A DNA stretch of 64,000 bases from positions 19,468,001-19,532,000 of the forward strand of contig NC_088856.1 of assembly GCF_963853765.1 (NCBI RefSeq), read 5' to 3'. The stretch's first letter is position 1; each line of letters begins with the position of its first letter. Below the pieces are notes generated by a model. It saw only the letters and a program-made list of their open reading frames with translations, was not told the origin of the DNA and searched no databases. This DNA comes from Magallana gigas. Taxonomy: Eukaryota. Of the stretch, positions 48,175 through 61,290 are shown piece after piece. Made by a program: the position numbers and the translations under genes.

Positions 48175-51100
48175 ATGGAAGAATATGTTCGAGATCCATG
48201 GTACTTTATAATTTTGGTTGAGTTTTTATATGTCTTAATTACTTTTTTGACCGTTCATTAATTCTTAATCGATAGTTCATTCATGAAAGTTGAAGACGCA
48301 CATGTTACATCAGCCTGGGGGTGGGAGAAGTTGCATAAGTGTTTGTTACAAAATATTTCATTGAAATTGTGATTTGTAAATGATTGGAAATGGATATTGA
48401 TTGGTAAGTGAGCCTGGGTTGAAGATTTCAGAATCTATTTGTTTCATGTGTAATGTTATAGTTTTTATGACATGATGTCATTGACAATGACAGTCAGGAA
48501 GTTTATAATATCACCAATATCTTATATTTTAGTTGATTTTCTTCTTGTTTTCTTTAAAAAGAAATTAATTACATTTTTGAAGGGAAATCTTACATCAATT
48601 ACTAAATTTTAGGGTAATGTTGAATTGAAAATATCCAAGTAATATGTAAACCGTGGGACCGTTGGACCGAGCGCAGATTTAACACAGTGCAGTTTGATTT
48701 TTGTGTGATAAAATCTATTTAAAACGCACACAGTATGATCCGCCTGCATGTGGTTGCCTACTCATACCATTCGTCAAAGTTAAACTAAACGTCGCGTGCT
48801 CAGTCTACATTATGACGTCATATTTCAGACGTAAAACGTTCAAGTTTTGTCTTCGGAAATAGCCAAAGAGAGTTACGTGATTCCGAATTTTTTTATTTCT
48901 TGTTTCATTCATCATCAATTTAATTCATATGAATGCAGCTGTAATAAAATTGCATACTTTGTTCAGTATCTAAAAGATCAGTTCCTTGACGTTAATGTTT
49001 TTATTTTCCATCTGATAATTTGATAAGACATACATAGAACAAGTCGTTTTCTTGATTGAAGCACTATTGAAACTTATCTGGTTTCCTTTTTAATTTCTTT
49101 TAATTCAAATTAACTTCTATTGAAACACTGGAACTTATTTAATCAAGTTTAGTGGCAATAAACATCGATAAGTGCCAGTCAATCAATGATCGAACTAACT
49201 TTTTAAAAACAAAATGGCTGCCAATATGGCGGCGCCAAGGGCTGGAAGAAATTTTATTTGGCCTTAGTACCCCTGATTCAGCATTCATTTTTCACTGATT
49301 TTTTTATATATACGTGTTACCACCATTAATCCTTGCTTCACAAGGCGGGCTTCGTCCGCCTCTTGCTGCGCTCGGTATTAAGAAGAAAGATAGTAAACTG
49401 GTCTGTTTTATCTGTAACATAATGGGAGATATAATGATGGACAAGACCAGGATTCAAATCAAGGCTTTTTGAATCTCATCAGGAGCTCTTTCCACTGAGC
49501 TACTATAGTCTGTCCCAAGTTATTGCTTCCATCAATTTTTTATGATTTTTTATAAAAATTCACATACCTGTGAAAGAAATACAATTGAAATCGATGAAAG
49601 GGAATATATCCAAGATATCTTAATTGAACAATTATCCTTTTTCACTCATAAAATTTCACAGGAACGAAAAAAAATTTTAACAGAGATTTGTAATGGGAAA
49701 TGTTTACATCTTTTCTCCATTCGGAATACACTCGGAATACATCGCGCAATTTTTTAACATTATCATCCGGGCTTATTAATGGCTGATGCAATGCAAAATC
49801 TCTTAGACTTTCAATTTTTGGATGTGTATTGAAACCTGAAGCGGTAGAGGGGGCGTTTCAAAACAGATAATCTGGACATTTTTCATATTAGTGGATGAAC
49901 GTAGTTTGAGCACAAAGGTATTTACTATTATTGAAATATCAAGCAAAAAGTGGTGGAAGCAAACACTTGGGACAGAGTATATGTGCTGGGGGTCAAACCA
50001 GTCTGACCATCAATTCTTTCTTCCTTAAACGATTATTGTCCTTGATGATCAACACCCCTGGTTCTCGACTTACCTGGCAATTCCCGGGGATAGTTGTCAT
50101 CAAATGTAACAGAAAGGTAGAAATGATGATAAACCAGAATGGGATTCCAACTTGGACCTCAAGAATCTTCATTCCGGTGCTTAAGCCACTGAGCAATTAG
50201 GTGTGATCAAACTGGTCTGTCTGTCATAAATCCAAAGAATTGATCTTGTAATGAACAAGAGAAAGTGTCAGGTATTTTTTAGAACTTATTTTTAATGTTA
50301 TTCTCTATATTCAGTCCCTACAGAATTGTGGATGACTGCGGAGGTGCCTTTGCTTTGGGTACGATAGGAGGTAGTGTGTTTCATTCCATCCAAGGATTTA
50401 GAAATGCGGTAAGTAAATAAATGAATGACATGTACAGTAATATATCATATACAGTAGCATTTTTCTTTTGAGCAGGATATGATACATGTATTTGCCATAA
50501 TTCATGAATTTGAGATTGATAATTAAATTATTGATGTATTAAAATTTTATTCCTGTTGTTGCTCAAATTTTATTTTTATTTTTTTTCATTCTCAGGGTAA
50601 AGGAACCAAACTAAGAGGTGCTCTAACAAAGGTTGTATCCAATAGCCCAAGGACGGCAGGTAATGGTCAAGAACTTAACTGTAAAATGCTGTAAAGTGCT
50701 GTAAACTCAAATAATGGTGAAATCTAAATCCCAGTACTTCATCCTGTTATCATACAATGCATCAATTAATTGTCTCCTGCTTTCACTGAAAGTGGAGGAT
50801 GTGAATTTTAGTCTGCATTCAGATGTATTATTTAATTGGAATTGCAAAATTGACACTAAAAAACAATGAATTCCAACTATTTAAAGTACTCTGCTTGATG
50901 CCACAGTGGCTATGATTCTCTGAATATTGTTTTAAATTTTATTTGCAGGAAGTTTTTCCATGTGGGGTCTAATGTTCACAACAGCAGACTGCACGTTCGC
51001 TCGCATCCGAGGAAAAGAAGACCCCTGGAACTCCATAATGAGTGGCTTTACAACAGGCTTCATCCTAGCTTTACCAAGTAATTACTAGGAAGTTTCTTCT

Positions 51101-52623
51101 CATTCAATTTTTTTTCTGTTCCAAAAATTCAAGTAAAATTCACTTTCTCCTGCTTGTTTCCTCTTCCTACAAAGAGAGAAAGTAGAATCCCATAATATTT
51201 ATTACATATATTTCTAATTGTAGATGGTTATTGGGCAGCCACAGGGTCTGGTGTAGTAGGTAAGCATTGTGGATTTTTATTTTTTCTCATCAAACTTTTC
51301 CCAAATTTTACAATTGTGATGCTATCATTCTAGCAGTCTATTTCATTTTTCATCCCCCAATATTTAAACTCTTAAATCGCTTAAGTTATTTGTCATGTAT
51401 TTGCAATGAAAAAGGGCATATCTACATTATTTATTAGAATTTTATGATTGTTAGCATGACAACAGTTCACATGCACATTCACATTTCCAATTACATAATG
51501 GGCGAGAGCTGTAACACTGCTTTTTAAACCCTCAAATCTACGCTGACAATATTTTATGAATAAAAACTTGCTTTTCCAGGAGGAATTTTACTAGGAATGA
51601 TTGAAGGAATCAGTATCATGATGAACCGCATGGCTGGGGAGGAAGCCTACAGAGGTAAGGGCCCAGTTGTCATGCCTGATGGTTGCTTGTAAACAGAATT
51701 ATAGTATTTACTTTTAGTATTTCAAGACCCAGGATCATGAATCAGGCCTAGAGAAATTCCATATATGATTAAGATTCTCTCTTTTTCTTGTTGTTTAAGT
51801 ATCATTTAAAAAAGGGTTTTGAAATTCTAAATTCTAATTTCAGTCTAGAACCTTTTATATTGTGTTTATGGTTGTTCTTGTCCCACATTACTTTCACTTA
51901 ATCACAGTTGTAAAAGTTTTTTTATCTTTCAAATTTGCATACAATATGTTTAAAGAGATATGATTTACAATGGATTAGCTACATTTAAAATTAGCCTTCC
52001 TTGCAATGAGGAGGGAACGGAATGAAAATAAAATGGGGACAAAATTTTCCTTCATAGTGTAGTTTTAAATTTTTTTGGCTTGAAGATTTGTTATTAAAGA
52101 TTAAAAAGACAGGATGAAAGTTTTATGATTAGAATTTCTTTCCAATTTTCAGAAAATTCTGATTTAAGGTGATCATAAGTTGCATTTCACCACTTTATTT
52201 GTGTTCAAGAATAGTTCTTTCATTTAAATTGACGATTCTGAAATATTTTTATGAATCTTTTCTGAAATAAGTTTTGGGTTTTTTCCCTTTATGAATATTG
52301 TTCATTCATTTAAAAAAAAAATGGCATTACTGACTTCATGATAAATTTCCACTGCATATGAATTTTACAGAAACGAAACAGTATTATAAGACAGAAGTAA
52401 AATGCATGAAATTAATGTAGGAGTAGTTCTGTTATAATTTAGACACAAAATTAATGCAAAGAGACAACAAGACAAAAGAATTTAAATTATTTTAATCTTT
52501 GTAGAGAACGATACCAACAGAAGGATGTTTGAAGACCCCCATGCAGAACCCCCTCCCCCAGAAACCCCTTCACTAGGCTCTGTGTTTGGAATGTTCGGTC
52601 CACAGACTCAGACAAATCAATGA
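48175..52623 (+). CDS. TIMM17: Mitochondrial import inner membrane translocase subunit Tim17, 7 exons, 180 aa
   Basis: Exons 48175-48200, 50315-50408, 50596-50659, 50949-51077, 51224-51259, 51580-51654, 52505-52623 (543 nt, GT-AG). [41 protein letters not shown]. Confidence 0.95.
48641..49377 (-). mobile_element. Non-autonomous Helentron-type element (HINE), copy 2, in TIM17 intron 1
   Basis: Reverse complement of 8963-9697 over ~735 bp, with the same subTIRs and hairpins. Confidence 0.8.
49441..49503 (-). mobile_element. Degenerate tRNA-derived SINE head
   Basis: Minus strand tagctcagtggaaagagc (A box) ... gatttgaatcctgg (degenerate B box). No intact cloverleaf. Confidence 0.5.
49508..49977. 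mobile_element. MITE with TA target duplication, copy 1
   Basis: ta|gtctgtcccaagttattgcttcc ... ggaagcaaacacttgggacagag|ta. Diverged second copy at 63520-63995. Confidence 0.8.
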
Positions 52624-55600
52624 CACAGTACATGTACCACTAGGATTTTACTTGTGACTTTTTACCATTGCCATTCATTTTGCTACATTTTCATCATATT
52701 GTGGAGAACAAAGAATGAACATTACTTTTTTCTGTTGAACAGATGAAATCCATCATGTTAGCAAGACATTTATTTTGATATGTACTGTGTTGATCGGAAT
52801 TCCCAAAGTCTTGTTCAGATCTGTGTGATTTTGAGTGATATACAGGGAGCCGTGTACTCTGTGAAGACATGTTGAGATGTTCCCGGTATAAATAAAATTT
52901 GTAGGGACATGAATCACATTATGACTGTACAAGATTACACAATTTATATCTACACATGTATATACATGGCACGTGTGTACATACATGTACATGTATTGTT
53001 TTGTTGTATAGGTCAGTCTGATCTAGGGGTTAGATGTACATGCATTCTGCGTACATATTCTGTGTTTCTGATTAATGATTAATAATTAAGTCCAACATCA
53101 CACACTGTTATCATTGCATTCATCTATGAGTTTATTTTTCATGTACAGATCTGAGTAAAAATGTGCATTGAATTATGGTACAGGAAAATCAACACAAATT
53201 AATAAGTTTTATTTATAATATTTTAAAACGATTTTCATTCTGGTTTGATAAGAGTTATCTCTCCTTAGCCAGATACTTTTGCTGTATTTACTGTAGATTA
53301 CCGTTGTTGTTGGTTTTCAAACATTTAAAAAAACGACAAAAATCAATAAAAAAAAATGAAGCAAACAAATTTCTGTTGTCGGTTTTATTATATACGCATA
53401 TTTACACGTTTTGTGAATTAATTCTTGTTATTGTACAAATCAAAATTCTTGCAGAAAGTACTTTCTGATGACATATTTTGTAATTTTTTCCATGAAAAAA
53501 AATTCTCATGCTTTTAATTGAAACTTTAACCATTAAAAAAAATACCCGCGGTTACAGTAAACCATTAATTATAATTTTTGTAAGTGCAAAAGTTATATTT
53601 GGTGGACCAGTGGATGCCAAAGGGGAAAATTTTACTAACTGCCAGAGCTTTCTATTTAATGAAAGAAGACCATCGAAAAAGTTTTCAAAAACATCCACGG
53701 TCTAAACATACATATTTAATAGATTCCGAGAATGTGTATCAAAAATTCCAAAGAAATCATTAGCCAAAAAACTGTAGTTGCTAATTCATGTTTGTCTGCA
53801 GAGATGCTGTTTTTCATGTATTGCGACCTTTCGGTACCTTAGATATATAAATAACTTTTCTGGCAGATTTATGCATTAGATGAGGTTTGTTCATCGATGT
53901 CACCTTTCCAATTTGACGATTTCTTGCAAACCTTTCCGCGTACCTGCTAAAAACTTCGTGTGTATACCTCAGAAGCATGTCACATACATTATATATATAA
54001 CATCGTCCCCATAGCTTATTATTTCCTTGTTCGCTGCAAGATTTTAGTGTATCATCTGAATGTTAATTGTTGTTAATCTTTTGAATTTATATTTTCATTA
54101 TACGCTGAACTCGACCCCCTGGCGATGTTTTTACTTATGGCGTAAGTGTATCTATAGATAAATTGACAAAAATCCTAAATGACATATAAAAGTTTTTACT
54201 ACTCAAAGGATAATTTCAGCACACGAGTTTCTTTTAAATCTTCCACAGCAATCTCTTTAAAGTCTGTCTGGATTTTTTTTGTGTATGTATGAGAACATAA
54301 AAATAAATTAAGCTCAACTCAGACAGGTGTTGTATAGTTTGTATAGGATGGGTCGTCGTCTTCTGTAAAATTTTCGATATTTTTTTTTCAGTGCATGAAG
54401 TTCAACTACAACAAAAAAAAACCAGGGCATGTAAGGATCAAGTTTACAAAATGGGGATGAAATGTATCACTGCGTAAAGTAGTAAAGGAGAAGAATCACA
54501 CCAGACTTTGCGTGATGACAAAACACTATTTATTCAAACAAACATGGTATCCTATAGTGGTTTCGCGTCCGAAAACACGCATCACATCGGCTCGGTTTAA
54601 ATTTGCACACACTTTCTGATGGAACTTATTTGAACTTGCGTCTTGCGGTGGAAAATAATTTATCATAATGCTCGAACATACGAACACATTCCACTTACAA
54701 ACCAGTGCATCAGTACTCAAACACACTTCAGTGTAAATAAAAATAACTTTATACTCGAAAATACTTTATGGACAGACTAATTCTTTAACACTCCAACACT
54801 TCATTTACAGAACATTTTCTTTTACCTTCGAATTAGGAAAAGAATGCACAAATACACAATATACTCAGTACATAGTTTATCTGGGTAGAAATTATGCATC
54901 ACTAATTTTCTAACAATGAAAAAATAACGCATTTTAAAACCAATCTATTTAAGAATCATTTGTTATGATTCGACATCATCTGATAATTCACTTTTACTCT
55001 GTATCTCCATAGATATCACGTGCTGAAATATATTTAGCGAAATTGACTTGCGATATTAGAAATAGAAATTTAATGTTGTTGATGACATGCAAAATTTCTT
55101 TATACGTGTATTTATAAGCCCCCCCCCCCCCCCTCGGGACCCTGGCCTCCACTCTCTAAAAATAACTTGTCCCTTAGCATCCGATCCCAGAGAAATAGCA
55201 TGATCATGCTAGAAAACTAAACATATCTTTTGGAGTAAAACGTTCCCATAACTGAATTAAATACTTTTCAAAAGTCTTTAACCATGCCCTAAGCCTAAGT
55301 CCTAAGCCGTGGACATAAATGGGCGTGGTTGTGGGGTGGGGACAGAGAATCTGTAATCGGTCCGCGAAAGCCCAAGTACATGTACGTACGTCGACGTCTT
55401 TACCCCCAAAAGATTCTAAATTCTAAGACCTCCCAAGATAATAGGCTTTTTCTTCGCCTCTCCGCTTGAACCCTTCCCTCCCGTGCTATCCAGTAGACAG
55501 GCTCTTGGCATATATACGTCACAATTCACAAAACACGCAATGGGGTCTGTCAGGTTTCCTCTTTCCTATGATGTCAGTGTCCCGTTTAATTTTTAGTCTT

Positions 55601-56281
55601 GTATGCCCCTAAAGAGTCACCTTTACATAACATATGCTACATGTAAGTTGTTATTTTAAATCTGAACCAAAATATTTTGTTTTTTATAATCATATTATAG
55701 AATGCCAGAGTAATACACTGATGAATTTTCATGCTCTTGAAAAGATTTCGTTCATTGACGCAAGAAATTTTTGAAACTTTTCATGTGACGTCATTTTGTG
55801 AGTGGTTCGTCTTAAGGAACAAAATCAAAATTAGTAGTAAGCCTAATCCTATTTTAAAAACCTCTTCCCGTGGAATTACGAACGATACACCATCCAACGT
55901 TCCTCTTAGTGCAAACAAAAACGAACATTGAATGATTTATTTGGAAATGGACAATAAAAATATAGTTCATTTAGCTTAATACAAGTTTGCTTTAATTGAG
56001 ATATGTTTTAATCATAAGACTAATATGTCTCTGTAAACCGGGGAGATGAAAAAAAGGTAATTAATAGAGCTTGTCGCACGTAGGCGAAGATTTGGGTTCC
56101 AGGTTACATGTTTGATAAGTGGGTTAAAAATCGATGTGACTTTATGATGAAAACATAAATGTTTAAATGATATTAATCATTGATCGTTTCAGGAAGTTTT
56201 ATGTGTAATTCATTGTATGTAGCAAATTCGTAGCAAAGTCTGTCCATTTATGCATTATATCTGTTCCGTCTCATGCCCAAA

Positions 56282-56317
<36 letters not shown>
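56282..56317. repeat. (CT)n microsatellite, interrupted
   Basis: ctctctctctctctctct-tt-ctctctctctctctct. Confidence 0.9.
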
Positions 56318-56560
56318 TGAAAAATATCTTTTAGCAAATTACAAATGCTATTTGAATTGAATAACTATCATGCACCCACCCACCTCTCCTAAAAACTTTC
56401 TATTCACATGTGTAATGAAAAAAAATCGATATATCTTTGGTCAATTCTGAGCTTTTTAGAACACAATGCACAATATTTCAACAAATTTACCTCTTTTTCA
56501 ATGCAAACCCCCCGTCGACTTTTTAGCCCTGTCATTAAACTTTAGATATGGCAAGAAATT

Positions 56561-57021
56561 AGTTATGACTTACCCCATTACATTTGTAATCAGTAACAAC
56601 GCACTGTACTAACCTTAATCCGAACCTAACCTAACCCTAACCCTATCCCTAACCCAAAACCTAACCTTAACCTAAACCCATTTGTAACCAATGTTACCTG
56701 TAACCAATGTAACCTGTCACGAGTACATCAAAGTTTGTATATTATTCATAATCAAGCAATGTAACCGATATAACCAATGTTACTGGTTACAAATAGAAAG
56801 GGGTAATTGTCAGGACTAATGCTTGGTCCTAAACCCTAATCCTAACCCTATTAAACTAACCCTAATCCAAATCTTATCCAACCTAACCCTAACCCCAAAC
56901 CTAACCCTAACCTTAACTCATTTGTAACCATTATTAGACAATGTTTCATTCATAATCAAGCACTCTAACCAATGTTACCAATGTTACTGGTTACAAATAG
57001 AAAGGGGTTAAAGTCAGGACT
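56561..57021. mobile_element. TIR-bounded non-autonomous element with internal degenerate (CCCTAA)-like repeats and a duplicated right half
   Basis: Left end agttatgacttaccccattacatttgtaatcagtaaca is an imperfect inverted match to tgttactggttacaaatagaaagggg..gtcaggact, which occurs twice (ending 56817 and 57021). Two blocks of cctaaccctaa-like repeats. Confidence 0.6.
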
Positions 57022-57184
57022 GATTTCAACAACGAGAAGAAGGGGGCGTTTCAAAACAGAAATCTTGGACCTATTTTTAGAATGAATATTGTTTGGACAC
57101 AGAAGTTGACACTGAAGTGCATGCATTTGAAAATCGAAATAATAAAGAAAAAGTGAAAGATGGCGGATCCTAGGACAGGTTATA

Positions 57185-58195
57185 CGAGGGTCGATCAAAA
57201 TATACGAAGACTTTTGCCATAGCTATGTAACTTGACGTCATATAATTATTAAATCTATTAAGCAGTTGTTTCAAACAGTTTGAAATCCAACAAGTAAATA
57301 TATTTTCTTATTTTTAAGAATAACTTAAAATCTATTCATGCAAAAATGAAGTCACGGCGCACGGTCAAAATTTGTGTTATGCCAACAATAAACCATATGT
57401 TGAAAATGATATCTATACATTGGACATAAAACCAAATAATATTGAAACCTCGAATTAACATTTGTCATGATATTCTATGTACCAAATAGCGACCGGATGA
57501 ATAGTTTTGTAGTACATATATCAGTAACTAAAGACAGATAGTCCTCTTTAGATTTGACCGAAAATATTGACGTCGTCGGACATCACGGCGCAACGAAAAG
57601 TATTAACACTATATGGATTAAACTCGGAGAAAAGTCGATAAGAACTGTGAGAATGCTCAATGGTGGAAAAAATAAGTCAAAAATTATTCGAACGTTTGTG
57701 TTTAACTGTGTTACATTTTTTTTTAGGGTGGTGGTATTTGTATTTTGAACATCGAACGAACGAAATAGAGAAGAATATCTTTAAATATTTAGTCAAAAGA
57801 ATAAACAACGTCATCTGACGTTCAGGGTTTTTCTTACAGTAAACGAAGAGATATGCGGTAAGAATTTAAAAACTTCGAGGAACTAACTTATTATTTTCTA
57901 ACAAATGTTAGCAAATTAGATGTCAAGTGATAAAGTGCCGATTTCAATTGTGTGGTAAAAAGCACAAAAGACTCCGGGTGATATAAAGATTGGGTATATA
58001 TATTAACTGTGCGTGCGTCACCTTTACGCCATGTTTTCAACGTTACCGTGCGCCGTGGTGACGAAACATGTTGTTTTAAAAATCGGATATCAATAAAAGA
58101 AGTGTAGGTGCATAAATTTATCTGTTAATTATGACTATTATGAAAAATATATGTTAGATAGCCACATTGTCTTCGTATTTTTTGATTGACCCTCG
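57185..58195. mobile_element. Non-autonomous mariner-type element
   Basis: 27-bp TIRs cgagggtc(g/a)atcaaaa(t/a)atacgaagac with 2 mismatches, flanked by TA on both sides. No transposase ORF. Confidence 0.85.
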
Positions 58196-59609
58196 TACAA
58201 TATGGTGTCAAGAATGGATATCTGCTACAATTGGGTGAAGTGGAGGTCAAGGTTAAATTTAGCGCGATTAATTGAATGTCTATATAGTAATATATAATTA
58301 GTTCAAACATGGTTATAACCTAACCTCGCCAGCCACTCCCTGTACCAGCTATTGTTTTTCTATACTGATATTTAGAAACATCACGAATGTGACGTTACCG
58401 TTGAATTCGCTGACAGCGCATGCTTTTTTTTGTTGAAGGTTCAATGTTTATTATGTAAAAACGAAAATAGAATGTTAAGTGCATGTGGATGATGAATACA
58501 ATGTAAATCAGACCATTCGAGAAACGCTGGTGTTGTTTCAAATTTTAATTTTCTCGAAATAGTAATTGTTTTTTTTTGTTCATTTTGCGGGAGCAAAGAA
58601 GTTCATGCCCACGCACTCGAACTTCGCCCACTGCAGAAACAAGCAGACGATTGTCTATCTCCAAGTCTTAATTAAAAAGAAAACGAACGGAGCAATGGTG
58701 CTGTTAAACAGATAGAAATCTGTCGCATGAACACTAATCGACCGAAACGATGAAATGATCGGCTTATTTTTTGCTGAACCGAAAAATAATTTTCCACAAA
58801 GAATCAATTTCCTTGATGTACTTCGTCGACAGATTTTATCGTCTAAGAAGCAATATATAATTTGTTTGTCTCGCAATCGTCCGAAATCTTATCTCTTGTT
58901 TTTCACGTAATTTTATATCATATTATAAAGTGCATTAGAAGAGATAGTATGTATCTTCTATAGCGAAGATTAGCGTATCATTTTTAGAAAAAAAGTTGAA
59001 ATTTTCAAGATAATAATAAATTTAATATGTAGGTGCATGAATCATATAATTTTTTATGGCACATAATAAAATTGCTTGCGCCGTGGTCTAAGCTCGCACC
59101 ATTAACTGTCAGACAAAATTTAAACAGGTTGCAATCCACCTACCAATCAATTATTTATATTGTTAATTGCAGTCTTAATCAATAACGATATTTAATCGCT
59201 GAAGTAAAAAAATCTGTGATTTGAAATTCAAATAAAAAAACACCATGCATTGCTTTGCTTATTAAAGATGACTTGAAAATACATCTATATACGTACGTAA
59301 TATATTGAAAAACACTTTTGGTAATCTAAGTTAAAAATTCATGCCTTGATGAACAGAAGACTAGATTATGTAACTTATATAACCGTTTCTTATTTTAATT
59401 ACAGACACACTCTAAATGAACGCATCCTATATGACCTTGATGGAGCCCCGTTGTTTGGGTACGATGTGACAGACATCATTCGTCACTCGGACAATCCAGA
59501 ATCTTAATGAGCCAGCCTGATTCATAACCTGTATACCGCAGAAAAAACATATTATGTCGAGTAGAATTTAATTTATGCATATAAAGCACAAACTTGAATG
59601 AAAACTTTC

Positions 59610-59940
59610 AATTACGTTGCATCGTTTTTTTAAAGTAGGGGGGCCAAACTCTTCCCAACCATTTTGACAAGCAAAAAAAAAAAAAGCATGCAGCTTCTCA
59701 AAATCACGTCAATCCTAATTCGGGGGTGGGGGTGGGGGTGAGGGTGGGGGTTGACTTACTATCAGCTATCACCTATAACTTCATATAACACCAATCTCAC
59801 CGTTCATTTCCTCCTTTTACATGCTCCCACAAAAGGGGGAGGGGCAACTTTCATTTTAATTAAATTTTAACATGTAAATTTAAAAAAGATGTTTTCTGCG
59901 AGAAAAGGGGGGAGGGGCATGTGCTTGATTATTGTATAGT
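59610..59940. repeat. Degenerate interspersed repeat with G-runs, including a G-quadruplex-capable tract (59722-59750)
   Basis: aaagtagggggg...gacaagcaaaaaaaaaaa...gggggtgggggtgggggtgagggtggggg...aagggggaggggca. Family not assigned. Confidence 0.4.
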
Positions 59941-60649
59941 ACATATCAAGAAAAAAGTTTGGGGTTCTAGGGTCCTAAACACGCTGAATAGCAGGAAATG
60001 CATGTTAAAGTTACCTTGATAAACGGTCTACGTATAATAAATTCATTCTTGGGTTTCGTAAATTTTTGACATCTTTAACCGCCTTGTTTTTGTATTTTAT
60101 CAAGGAAACATGCCAAAATTGTCGCAAGGCAAGTTCGTTAATGGAAATATTTTTCAAACAGAACTGTATCTATATTCAAAATATTTTCACAAAAAGGAAC
60201 CCCAAGGTTAATTCAAGACTGTAAATTCTGGTCTGAAATGGAATTAAAGAAGGCGTCGTGATCTTAAAAACAATAACAAGTTTGGATTTCGCCAGGTGCG
60301 CGCTTTTATGGTGATGTGTCCATAGTTGGTGTTTCTTGTTACGAGGCATAACAGAGAGCGACATTTGTCGCATGTTTAATGTCATCTTAATACATAAAAC
60401 AAAACGAAAAACCTTACTATTGTGGCAAAAAAATGTTTTCCTGAAAAATCAATCATTACTAATCGAACTATCGTCGCCGGACTGACGGGAATGCGATCGA
60501 TCTGTCGGAAATGGAAGTTCTTGGGAAGTCAATTTTTTTAATACGTGGACAGTGGTGCTAATTACCACAGTCATTTCCATTTTCTAAATTAATTATACAA
60601 TAAGGGATATATACGTCTGATTTTGTTAAGTTGATTGTTTTTTAAAGTC

Positions 60650-61290
60650 TTATCTTATAAGCCATTACGTTTGAACGTTAATACAAAATTGTCACTGTTT
60701 GATACATAGTACATTATGGTTTGTTGTGAATTATGGGGACATCACCCAGCAAGTGATTTAGAGAGCATACATCTAGATTTTCTAATGAGACTATTATGTG
60801 TTAGGAAAAGTGTTACATCAATGATGGTATATTTTGAATTTGGGCGTAAACCAAATGATTGCAGTTGGATAGAAAATATAGAATGTTGAAATATTGGATA
60901 AAATTACAGAATAGTGATAATTGTATTTTAAGCAATATATACCAAGATATGGTAAATGAATGTGAAAGACAGTTAGCCTCTAATTGTTGGCTCTCGTACA
61001 TAAAACAGTTGATTAACAATTTAGGTTTTGGATATATATGGAACTGTAAAGAACAATTTAATGAACATGTATTTTTTACTTGAAGTGAAGCAGAGGTCGA
61101 CCGATGTGTTTATACAAGAAGGTCATGGCTACTTTGAAAATTCCCCCAAATGTATAATGTATAAGCATTTATTTAATAATTTTGAAGTACACGAATATTT
61201 AACAAAACCAATACCAACTGCATGCATATGTACAATTTATAGGTAAATACCGTTTATCATCTCATCAACTTGAGATTGACACTGCACGAA
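60650..61290 (+). mobile_element. Decayed non-LTR retrotransposon (LINE) ORF2 C-terminal fragment
   Basis: Frameshifted peptides ...CELWGHHPASDLESIHLDFLMRLLCVRKS..MVYFEFGR.., KYWIKLQNSDNCIL..., KQRSTDVFIQE...ENSPKCIMYKHL..., KYRLSSHQLEIDTAR, typical of the post-RT region of LINE ORF2. Clade (RTE-X or L2/CR1-like) not determined. Confidence 0.75.

Noticed and set aside
49441-49503. tRNA gene (also at 8623-8680)
   Set aside because: A/B boxes are present but there is no complete cloverleaf or terminator; interpreted as SINE heads.
53000-55100. Minus-strand gene or transposase remnants (e.g. ORF 54526-54726, possible terminal exon ~53850-53950)
   Set aside because: Could not build a phase-consistent exon chain or recognise any domain.
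56600-56920. True telomere or chromosome-fusion scar
   Set aside because: Repeats are short, degenerate, in one orientation only and enclosed by TIR-like ends.
57159-57180. First exon ATGGCGGATCCTAGGACAG|gttata of a plus-strand gene
   Set aside because: Weak donor, phase incompatible with the only downstream exon candidate, and it lies within MITE-like sequence abutting a mariner TIR.
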